Source: Auanema rhodensis (taxonomy: Eukaryota; Animalia; Nematoda). Taken from it: 64,000 bases of DNA. This document shows, in pieces, positions 15,123 to 23,108 of the stretch; the first letter of the stretch is position 1, and each line of letters begins with the position of its first letter. The notes under the pieces were generated by a model. That model saw only the letters and a list, made by a program, of their open reading frames with translations, was not told the origin of the DNA and searched no databases. The DNA lies in NCBI GenBank assembly GCA_964057225.1, contig OZ059899.1:16988001-17052000 (forward strand). The letters are read 5' to 3'. The position numbers and the translations under genes were made by a program.

Positions 15123-15126
15123 CATT
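15123..15126. other. Target-site duplication CATT (left copy)
   Basis: The satellite normally reads GATG-CATT-AGTG. Here it reads GATGCATT|TGTAAT on the left and TAACA|CATTAGTG on the right. Confidence 0.95.
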
Positions 15127-15525
15127 TGTAATATCCTTATGTTGGATATTAATATTCCATGATTGACCCTTAGATTGATGTGTTGTAAAAGAAACAATAA
15201 GATTTGAGGAAGAGAGAAAGATTTATTATAAATAAAAAACATTTAAACAATAAACAAATAAAGATAAAGATAAGTCCGCCAACTGAAGATTCAGTTGAAT
15301 GGCAAGCTTATATAGCGAATGTTATCAGCATTTTCCACGAAAGGTTATAAGTTGTCAATGACAATTATAACTATCTCAGAAAATGCTGAGGCTGCAAAAT
15401 ATAACTGATAACATAATACACTAAGACAAGAAACTAGAATTATAAAATATAAAATATAAAACACAGAATAAAGAAATACATAAAAATTATAGAAAGAATA
15501 AAGTAAAGAATTATAAAGTATAACA
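15127..15525 (-). repeat. 3' LTR (399 bp)
   Basis: Direct repeat of 24106-24504 with no mismatch found by eye. Minus strand reads TGTTATA...ATTACA. Confidence 0.97.
15222..15227 (-). terminator. Candidate polyadenylation signal AATAAA in the 3' LTR
   Basis: The + strand TTTATT gives AATAAA on minus, about 60 nt downstream of the predicted initiator. The AT-rich context lowers specificity. Confidence 0.5.
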
Positions 15526-15538
15526 TGCTACCGCTCTT
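15526..15538 (-). other. Polypurine-tract position (imperfect PPT, AAGAGCGGTAGCA)
   Basis: Abuts the 3' LTR on the minus strand; 10 of 13 nt are purines. Confidence 0.55.
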
Positions 15539-15582
15539 GAAGTCCTGTGTCCTCACAGGTATGCATAAGGTTTCCAAAATTT

Positions 15583-16641
15583 TCATAATGTTGCAGCAAG
15601 CTTTTTGATGAGATCCTTATGTACTTTTCTCATCTTTCCTTGACTCATTTCCAATTCCACATATGAGTTGTATACGCCTGTAATTTTGAACGGTTCATTA
15701 TAAGTGGGTCGCAATTTGCCGTGAACCGTCATATCCTTCAATAGTACCATTTCACCTATTTCAAATATACGTGATGCTATTCGGTTACTATTATTCAGCC
15801 GATTTTGTTGTTCAATTGATTTTAATTGAATTTTTTCTTGAATAGAATCCCAGGTATTTTTCCGGTTTTCATTTCTTTCCAATAATTCGTCATCTTCAGG
15901 AGAATTTAGATGAGGTTGTCCTGGTAATTGACGGTCCATAGGTAGTCGTGCGTCTCTTCCAAATAGAGCAATGTATGGGCTGATTCCGGTAGTTGTACTT
16001 GGGATTGTATTTAATGCGAATGTGATTTTAGGTAATTGTGAGGCCCATTGAGAGACACGGTTTTCAGCACAAGTGGATAAACATTCCTGGATGGTTCAAT
16101 GTAGTCGTTCCACTTGACCGTTTGTATTTTTGTGATATGGCAGAGAGAAGGTTTGTACAATTCCAAATTCGTTGCACATTAACTTGAATTCTTTAGATAT
16201 AAAATTTCCTCCATTGTCAGACACGATGCTCACTGGTGGTCCAAAAATGAAGACGAAATTCGTCAGGAACTTTCGGACTGTTTCTTCGGCATTCTGTGTG
16301 CGTAAAGGTATGCTCGTTATCCATTTCGAAAAAGCATCTTGAATAGAAAGAATATATTTAAATCCATTAGTGCTAGGGGAAAAAGGTCCTGTCACATCCA
16401 TATGAATCCTATCAAATGGTTTTTGTGGGGTAACAAACTTTCCATATGGTTCTCTCGTTGTATCATGTTGATTTATTTTCCTTTTTGCGCATGTCAGGCA
16501 TTGGCTGACGATCTCTTTCGCATCTTCCATCATATTTGTCCAATGGAATCTTCTTGATAATGCTGCATGTGTTCTTTTGATTCCTTGATGCGCTCCAATT
16601 CTTGCGTCTTCATGAAAAAGTTTCGCAAGTACTTGATTCAT
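15583..16641 (-). pseudogene. Integrase (HHCC zinc finger, DD(35)E core, GPY/F-like C-terminus), out of frame with pol and interrupted by an in-frame TGA at 16096-16098
   Basis: FHEDARIGAHQG...CLTC; HMDVTGPF; SDNGGNF followed by 35 residues then NGQVE. Past the stop the frame continues (TIQECL...WASQLPKITFALNT...TTGISPYIALFGR) into track ORF 15583-15939, which contains KLRPTYNEPFKI. Confidence 0.93.
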
Positions 16642-19600
16642 GTCTTTTGTTTTGGAATCATAATCCTTGGAGTAAGATATTGTTTGTTAGGTCGAGCATG
16701 CAAAACTCCGTCGATAACAATATATCTATCGCTATTAATCTGTTTAGGTTGTTCCGTTAACATATCAGCAATAGTTTCCTTAATCCATGGTGTTCCTTGT
16801 TGTAACTGAATTAGTTTGTCGGTATCCAGAGTTTCCACATTGGTTACATTTATGAGATAGTTGATGGTTTCTTGGATATCCGTTAAACTTGTTGTTGGCG
16901 TTGTCTTCTGTAGCTTCGGTTTAGGACCATCGTTAGCTTCGTTGCCTATGTATCTGGATAGTGCATCACATACACTATTCATACGTCCTGGACAGTACAT
17001 AATCACAATATCATATTCCTGGATCATTAACTGATATTTCGCTAGTCTTCCAATAAGATCTCTTCTACTCATTAGACTGGTTAGTGGTCGATGATCCGTT
17101 ATTAGCTTAGTTGACGTGCCTAAAACATATGTGCGAAATTGTTGTAATGCGTAGACGAGTGCCAAAGCTTCTAATTCGATAGGTGGGTATTCTCTTTCTG
17201 TAGGTGAGAGCTTCCTACTTGCGAACGCAACAGGGTGTAATCTATTTCCTGTATCTTGTAGTAAGACTGCTCCAATTGCAATAGTACTAGCGTCACTTTC
17301 AATAACAAAAGGTGCTCCATTTGTTGGTGGCTTCAGAACTGGTGCTGTGCATAGAGCTTTCTTGAGAGTCTCGAATGCTTTTTCACGTTCTTCCGTCCAT
17401 TCGAAATCTTGATCCTTGTGTGTGAGTTGATACAACGGTTCGGCTATTTTGGCGTAGTCTCTGATGAATCGCCGAAAATAATTTGTCATTCCAAGGAATG
17501 AACGAATAGCGGTGACCGTTTTAGGAGTTGAAAATTTCTTAACGGCTGTAATTTTTGATGGATCAGGTTGTATTCCATCGCGACCAATTATAAATCCAAG
17601 AAATTTAACTTGTGTAGCTGCAAATTTGCATTTACTTAGTTTTGCTTTCATTCCTAATCCTTGTAAAGCTTGTAACACTTCTTCTATATCCTCCAGATGT
17701 TGTTCAGCTGTGTTTGATATAATGAGTAGATCATCCAGATAAACAAAAAGTCGACATTTTACTTGATTTTGCAAATAGCGAACAGCTGATTGAAATGTAT
17801 GTGGAGCTCCACAGAGACCCATCGGCATTCTGCAATATTGATAAACTCCTGATGAGGTCACAAATGCAGTGAGGTGACGGTCTTCTTCACGTAAAGGAAT
17901 TTGAAAAAATCCCGATACGAGATCGATGTTTGTGAAGTATCGAGCTCCTGCAGTGCTGTCGATTATTTCTGGTATATGAGGAATAGAATAAGTCTGTTTC
18001 TGTGTGACACTATTGAGTGCACGGAAGTCCGTTACAAAGCGGAATGAGTTGTCTTTCTTCTTGACTAAGACGACTGGACTTGTAAAACTTGATGTTGATG
18101 TTTCTATTACTCCTTGGTCCAGCATTTCTTTTACTTGACGTTCAACTTCATCCTGTTTACCCAAAGGAACTCGATATGATCGAGATTTGGGCAGGTCCAT
18201 ATCGGTTCTCAAAGTGATTGAATGTTCTATTGGTCCTTTGAATAATCCAATGTTCCGATCTTCGTTAAAAAAAGCATTTTTGAATCTTCTCAACATAGTT
18301 TTGAGATTTTGACGTTGATTTTTAGATAGATCCGTTGATTCGAATTTTAAGTTATCGAAAGGATTCTTCTCAAAAATAGGCAATTTATCTGACCAATCAG
18401 CTTCTGGTGGAATATAGTCCGGTATATGTGGGATTCCAATTTCTTCTGGTATTTTTCCTTTTCCAATAATGGTGTTTCCTGTTAACTTCACCTCATAATT
18501 TGCTGTATTGATGGCGAATATTGTGAGTGGTGAAGTCTTGATAGCAGTAGGTGTGAATTGAATAGGTCCATTTCCACATCGTATAAGAGCGTATTGTTTT
18601 GGTTGTAGTTCTTTTGCCAATTGTAGACGAATCATAGCTTTAGTTCGGGGTGGAATAATAGATTCTCTAATGTTTATAATTGAAACGGTGTCTGAACTGA
18701 TGCGAAAGCTCTTCTGGTTAGCGGATAATAATGGTAGAAAATGGTTTCCAACTATTAATTGCTTGCGTAGAGCTTGTAGAGAAGTTGTTATTCCTTTTTC
18801 TTCTAATGCTTTCATGATGTCCAAACCAAGTAACATTTCAGTAGGACAATGTTTATCCTCAGAGATTAAAAATGTGTGTGAAAGATGGTATCCAGCAATA
18901 ACAATGTCCAACGTTATTGTACCCAGAAAGTTGAATATTGATCCATTTGCTGCGGTGGCAGAGATTTTAGTTGAGTTGAAATTCTCTTTTCCTAAATAGC
19001 GTACTGATGATTCCTTCAAATATGAAACAGATGCTCCGCTATCCCATAAAGCTACGAGTCCTCTGCCTTCTGCTTCAATTCTTATATATGGGAGTTCTCT
19101 TTTGTTCGTTGCACAGCATCCAACAAAAGGTATAATAATAGGAATAAAAGTGATGACAGTAGGAAAATATCTTCGAATAGTTTCGTCGTCGGCTGGAACA
19201 TCGATGTCAGCGTTGAGTAGTTCGTGTTGTTCAACTGCATTCACATTTAAGATAGGAACTTTCTCTTTGATATAAGATACAACAATAATGTATAATGCTG
19301 ATCCAAAGATTAATATAACTATCATAACACCTGCAGAGATAAACATTCTGTTGAGGGATCCAGCAAAGAAATCAACTCCTCGTTCCCATAGTGATGATGC
19401 AATATTTTGAGTAGAACTAAAAAGTTCGTTACTTTTTGTAAACCATTCTGATAAGCCTGGCAAATTCGCTTGATTCGTGATAACTCGTAGAAAATTTCTA
19501 TGAGGATTGGTAGCGAAAATGTGTCCATATGTTAAGCTTATTGTTCTAACTAAGTTTTCATCGGTGATATTTTCATAAAGATTTCTTTGTGAAAATCGAA

Positions 19601-22600
19601 TGGCTGCTAGATCGGGATACTGATCTGAACCAATGTTTAAAGCAGTTACGTTTGTAACTCCGTTGAGGGATTTCCATTCTCCATCCTCTTTCCATATATC
19701 ATTTTCTACTGTTTCACATGGAATTTCAGTTCCATATGCTTCCAAATCTGCTGAATCTTGAGGTGCAAAGTAGAGGCGGTCATCATCCGTGATGACGGGT
19801 GTTTCTAAATAACACTTATCTTTGTATGTGTGGTTGCGATAAATGTGAATTGGTTCTATTGGCTGACAGGTTGAAACCCGAATAAGATTCCGTCCAATTA
19901 TTCGAGCCACTACATCATCTCGTTGCATAATAGATCGGATAGCAATCGTAGGATTGATATTAAATATAGCTTGCCATGTCTTAATAAGTTCAAGTTGAGC
20001 ATGACATATGCTGTGATGTTGATGATGAAATTCTTCGACCAGTATGGTTCTCATTCGTTCAAATCCATAGTTGAGTTTGTTGATGGTAGTTAATGCATCT
20101 CGATGTCGAAGTATAGTATTCTGGTGATCAGTTAAGTGAGTGCCGAATAATTCTTGAGCTTTCTCTATGCTTCCAATCATGGGTTGCATTGATGTCATCC
20201 CTTGAATAGTACTAATTGTTTGTTTTGTAGTAGATGATGTATTTACAACAGGTTTTGAGGTAGCACTAAGAAATCGTGCAGTTGGCGTAGTTTTAGTGGT
20301 GATAGAGCGACTGAATACTCTTTTTGTAATCTCTTCAGGTGCTGGTTTTGAAAACCATGACATTAAATCAGTTAATTGTTTAGCGTCAATATTGATGTTA
20401 CGGCTGTAGAGATCTTCTTTATTCGAAGGCATCGGTATTCCAAAATTGGTTTCTCGGTTTCTGAGTGTCCAGTTATCCAACAGCTTTAATTTCATTTCAT
20501 ATACTTGATCTTTCACTTGTCGTTGCATAAAATGACTATGAAAGAACAGTTTCATTCGATAATATTCTATCAGTTGAGGTTGAGAATACTGATAGCGTAG
20601 TTCACGAAGTAATTCTTTTGCTTTATATACCACAGAACGTGGATCTCCAAATGTGAAGTTGAGATGGTTTTGATATACTGTGAATATCAAAAATTCGAGT
20701 GGTGGCACATATTCTGTTTCGGATAAGATTGCAGGTATTTGTATCAATTCCCATAATTTATCTCTTGCAACCGAAATTGTAGAATTGCCTGGTTTAACTA
20801 TTCTTTTTATATAATTGATAGGAAGTCGGTGTGCTAGTTGACCGATGACAAAACTAGGCTCCATTTGTTCGATCCACATTTTTGTAATCATCTTGCTTTC
20901 TTCTCCTCCTAGAGCATGTAGTAAGAGAATATTCGGATCGCGGAAGTCTTTTAAATTTGCCCAGTAATCTATAGTATGATCAGTAATGTTCAAAATATGG
21001 ACAGCTGACAGCAAAAATTGATGATATCGAGCAATAACAGTCAGGTTCTGATATTCGTTGCTAACTGATTGATAGTGATACCAGTTATGAATATATCGTA
21101 TGGTATTTCCGCCAGACGTGACAGTATATCTAGCAAACGGTAGATCCAATATTTGAATAGGAGTTAACTTATATTCCATTTCTGAGCGAAATGACGCAAT
21201 TAAGGATGAATTTGTTGAACGTTTATAGCGTTGGCGTGAAGGATCCATTTGATTATCCAAATAACTTGTTAGATCCAGTAGAGAATATGCATGCGGATAA
21301 TCAATAAACGAGACAAGAGTCTCAGTAGTGGATTCAAAAATTGGTGAAGAAAAACAAGATTGAGTTGTAGTAGATGCTGAGGTGTTGGCTAAGACAAGTG
21401 CTGTTTCTAGACTTGATATTAGCAGTGTTTGATCTCCAAGTATTCCATACAGAGGTCCAATACGTGTGTATTGGCATGGTGCTCGGGGTGTGGGTGGTTT
21501 CCAAACTACTGAACCATCTCCAAATGTACAGCTTCCCATTTGAGCTTTACAGCCTTCGGCGTTGACAATTAAGTCAGATACAATAGTATTGTCCTTTAAA
21601 TTTGTAATAACTCCTCGCTCCATCACAAATTGAGTTAAGTTGGCGCATTGAGTAAAACTGAAGAAACGTTCCGGTTCATATACTGGCTTAGGAGCTTCAT
21701 ATGTAAGTGGATTAGCGCTCAACAGTTTTTCATTTTTCCATTTCTTGTCTCGAGCAGCTATACGGCATTCTTCTACAGATACATATCCATTACCAATGAT
21801 GGTGTCATTGCTTTCTCGGAACCAAAATTGATCCGTTACACATAATCGATAGATGCGTGTATAACATTTCCACGCTTCCCATGTTACGACGGTTTGTTTA
21901 GGAATGAACAATTCAACGTTAACTTGATGAGCTTGTTGAATTGCTTTCCGTTGGCATCCTGTTATCTCTGGTGGTGTCATCAGAATTCCTCCTTTATGAG
22001 CTAAACATAGTTGATATGAAGCATTCACAGTGGGAAGCAGAAATGTGCAGATTATTGTTGTGAGCAGGAATGGTAATGCAATAGTATTTATATTGAATCG
22101 AGGTTTCCATCGTCGTTGATTGCCTTGATTCTCTCTTGGATAATTGTCGCGATTATTCCTGGCAAAGTTGTCTCGATTTTCTCTTTGATAATTGTTGCGA
22201 GGTTCTCTCGAATGGTGATTACTCTCCATTGAGTAGTTGTTTCCATAATTTTGTCGAGGGCCAGAGTTCCTGCTGAATTTATTTTTGAAATTCTTCCAAG
22301 GGTTTCTTGAATTGTTGCCATTGTTCCGTTCGAAATCTCGTGGCTGCTGATGGTTCCTTTGGTTCCTATTTTCCTTCATGGTGATCTTTTGAACTGCAGA
22401 GATCAACTCTTGCATAGTTGAGTTTTCTTCATGCTGTTTTTTATAGTTAGCACGAATTGCTTCTTCAAAACGTGCTGTCCTTTTTGCTTCCTCATAAGTC
22501 TTCGGATCTTTTCCTTGAACAATTATGCCTAAATCAGCGTTCAATCCATTTAAGAAAGCTGATCTTAATATGAGCTCTCTTTCTCGATCAGTTGGGCTCA

Positions 22601-23108
22601 TAATACTGGAAGCCATTTCTTCCAAGTATGAGGCAAACTGAGTAACAGTTTTCTCTCCTTGCGTCGAGCGTAGCAACTTCGCGATCGTGAAATTCCTTTC
22701 CGTGGCAGGGCAAAGTAACTCTGCCAATTGTGAAACAAGGTCTTTCCAAGGTCCTCGTTCACGAATTTCGGAAGGAATCGAGTTATATGCAGAGATCGCA
22801 GAATCATTCTGCTGAAGCAGCAGAGGAAGAAGAAAAATTCTTTCAATTACAGAAAGTCCCGCAGCATTCGCGAATCGGTTAAATATATCGATGTACGATC
22901 GAAAGCTTCGGCTACCATCGTATTTGGGGCAGTGTGGACTGCCTAGAACTTTTGTTAAGTTTTTGGTCAACTCTGGAGATGCCATTAAATTAGGCGTTTC
23001 CAGAGTTGAATCTCTGTTTGATTGCTCATGTGGTCTCATGTTGAGTAGGAGCTTCAGAGGTAGTTTTTCGCGCTGGGGAGTTTTTTCTTTTTTCGGTGTT
23101 ACAGCCAA
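16638..23108 (-). CDS. Gag-Env(gB-like)-PR-RT-RNase H polyprotein, 2156 aa as tracked. True start uncertain: first ATG at 23039, frame open back to 23285
   Basis: Single stop-free frame containing capsid-like Gag, a signal peptide, a Cys-rich glycoprotein, a TM helix, LWDSGAS, YLDD and RNase H motifs. Confidence 0.95.
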   Translation of the reverse strand: MAVTPKKEKTPQREKLPLKLLLNMRPHEQSNRDSTLETPNLMASPELTKNLTKVLGSPHCPKYDGSRSFRSYIDIFNRFANAAGLSVIERIFLLPLLLQQNDSAISAYNSIPSEIRERGPWKDLVSQLAELLCPATERNFTIAKLLRSTQGEKTVTQFASYLEEMASSIMSPTDRERELILRSAFLNGLNADLGIIVQGKDPKTYEEAKRTARFEEAIRANYKKQHEENSTMQELISAVQKITMKENRNQRNHQQPRDFERNNGNNSRNPWKNFKNKFSRNSGPRQNYGNNYSMESNHHSREPRNNYQRENRDNFARNNRDNYPRENQGNQRRWKPRFNINTIALPFLLTTIICTFLLPTVNASYQLCLAHKGGILMTPPEITGCQRKAIQQAHQVNVELFIPKQTVVTWEAWKCYTRIYRLCVTDQFWFRESNDTIIGNGYVSVEECRIAARDKKWKNEKLLSANPLTYEAPKPVYEPERFFSFTQCANLTQFVMERGVITNLKDNTIVSDLIVNAEGCKAQMGSCTFGDGSVVWKPPTPRAPCQYTRIGPLYGILGDQTLLISSLETALVLANTSASTTTQSCFSSPIFESTTETLVSFIDYPHAYSLLDLTSYLDNQMDPSRQRYKRSTNSSLIASFRSEMEYKLTPIQILDLPFARYTVTSGGNTIRYIHNWYHYQSVSNEYQNLTVIARYHQFLLSAVHILNITDHTIDYWANLKDFRDPNILLLHALGGEESKMITKMWIEQMEPSFVIGQLAHRLPINYIKRIVKPGNSTISVARDKLWELIQIPAILSETEYVPPLEFLIFTVYQNHLNFTFGDPRSVVYKAKELLRELRYQYSQPQLIEYYRMKLFFHSHFMQRQVKDQVYEMKLKLLDNWTLRNRETNFGIPMPSNKEDLYSRNINIDAKQLTDLMSWFSKPAPEEITKRVFSRSITTKTTPTARFLSATSKPVVNTSSTTKQTISTIQGMTSMQPMIGSIEKAQELFGTHLTDHQNTILRHRDALTTINKLNYGFERMRTILVEEFHHQHHSICHAQLELIKTWQAIFNINPTIAIRSIMQRDDVVARIIGRNLIRVSTCQPIEPIHIYRNHTYKDKCYLETPVITDDDRLYFAPQDSADLEAYGTEIPCETVENDIWKEDGEWKSLNGVTNVTALNIGSDQYPDLAAIRFSQRNLYENITDENLVRTISLTYGHIFATNPHRNFLRVITNQANLPGLSEWFTKSNELFSSTQNIASSLWERGVDFFAGSLNRMFISAGVMIVILIFGSALYIIVVSYIKEKVPILNVNAVEQHELLNADIDVPADDETIRRYFPTVITFIPIIIPFVGCCATNKRELPYIRIEAEGRGLVALWDSGASVSYLKESSVRYLGKENFNSTKISATAANGSIFNFLGTITLDIVIAGYHLSHTFLISEDKHCPTEMLLGLDIMKALEEKGITTSLQALRKQLIVGNHFLPLLSANQKSFRISSDTVSIINIRESIIPPRTKAMIRLQLAKELQPKQYALIRCGNGPIQFTPTAIKTSPLTIFAINTANYEVKLTGNTIIGKGKIPEEIGIPHIPDYIPPEADWSDKLPIFEKNPFDNLKFESTDLSKNQRQNLKTMLRRFKNAFFNEDRNIGLFKGPIEHSITLRTDMDLPKSRSYRVPLGKQDEVERQVKEMLDQGVIETSTSSFTSPVVLVKKKDNSFRFVTDFRALNSVTQKQTYSIPHIPEIIDSTAGARYFTNIDLVSGFFQIPLREEDRHLTAFVTSSGVYQYCRMPMGLCGAPHTFQSAVRYLQNQVKCRLFVYLDDLLIISNTAEQHLEDIEEVLQALQGLGMKAKLSKCKFAATQVKFLGFIIGRDGIQPDPSKITAVKKFSTPKTVTAIRSFLGMTNYFRRFIRDYAKIAEPLYQLTHKDQDFEWTEEREKAFETLKKALCTAPVLKPPTNGAPFVIESDASTIAIGAVLLQDTGNRLHPVAFASRKLSPTEREYPPIELEALALVYALQQFRTYVLGTSTKLITDHRPLTSLMSRRDLIGRLAKYQLMIQEYDIVIMYCPGRMNSVCDALSRYIGNEANDGPKPKLQKTTPTTSLTDIQETINYLINVTNVETLDTDKLIQLQQGTPWIKETIADMLTEQPKQINSDRYIVIDGVLHARPNKQYLTPRIMIPKQKT
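16950..17320 (-). other. RNase H domain (Ty3/Gypsy type); boundaries approximate
   Basis: FVIESDAS...GAVLLQ...VAFASRKL...ELEALA...TDHRPL...DALSR. Confidence 0.93.
17321..18290 (-). other. Reverse transcriptase domain plus connection; boundaries approximate
   Basis: SPVVLVKKKD..FRFVTDFRALN, IDLVSGFFQI, MPMGLCGAPHTFQ, YLDD (17730-17741), KFLGFII, IRSFLGMTNYFRRFI. Confidence 0.97.
18720..19100 (-). other. Retroviral-type aspartic protease domain; boundaries approximate
   Basis: ALWDSGASVSY (DSG at 19035-19043), AANG flap, MLLGLDIM. Confidence 0.93.
19269..22082 (-). other. Envelope-like type I membrane glycoprotein, herpesvirus-gB/chuvirus-G-like class III fusogen (aa ~343-1280 of the polyprotein)
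   Basis: Signal peptide 22020-22082; Cys-rich ectodomain with at least 12 N-x-S/T sequons; furin site RYKR at 21219-21230; gB-like core CHAQ..W..INPT..R..VVAR..G..VSTCQP at 19860-20006; CYLETPV; TM helix at 19269-19346. Confidence 0.85.
22083..23039 (-). other. Gag: capsid-like domain followed by an N/Q/R-rich tail, no CCHC knuckle
   Basis: PKYDG..SF..YI..F, LLRSTQGEKTVTQFA..LE.MA, and AFLNGL..PKTYEEA resemble the Gypsy/Arc-type capsid pattern; the position is first in the ORF. Confidence 0.85.

Larger units (their letters stand above)
1..15126. repeat. Tandem satellite array, 351-bp monomer (347-bp and one 348-bp variants), ~43 copies; runs off the window start
   Basis: Near-identical units recur every 351 bp (track ORFs at 52, 403, 754, 1105, 1456). 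Spacing is 347 bp after units carrying GAGGAAGTTCACAC. AT-rich with many A/T tracts. Confidence 0.99.

Noticed and set aside
15583-15939. Separate 118-aa gene or chromodomain
   Set aside because: It is the in-frame C-terminal part of integrase beyond the premature stop, and no chromodomain follows the GPY/F-like module.
16096-16098. Programmed stop-codon readthrough
   Set aside because: The context TGA-ACC is not a recognised readthrough context; CGA>TGA at a conserved Arg is simpler.
16640-16660. Canonical -1 programmed frameshift at the RH/IN junction
   Set aside because: No in-frame X XXY YYZ heptamer is present.
19269-22082. Independent herpesvirus/chuvirus endogenous fragment or nested insertion
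   Set aside because: It is in frame at both ends with a signal peptide and TM at the borders. No other viral genes, terminal repeats or TSD are visible, so it behaves as part of the element.
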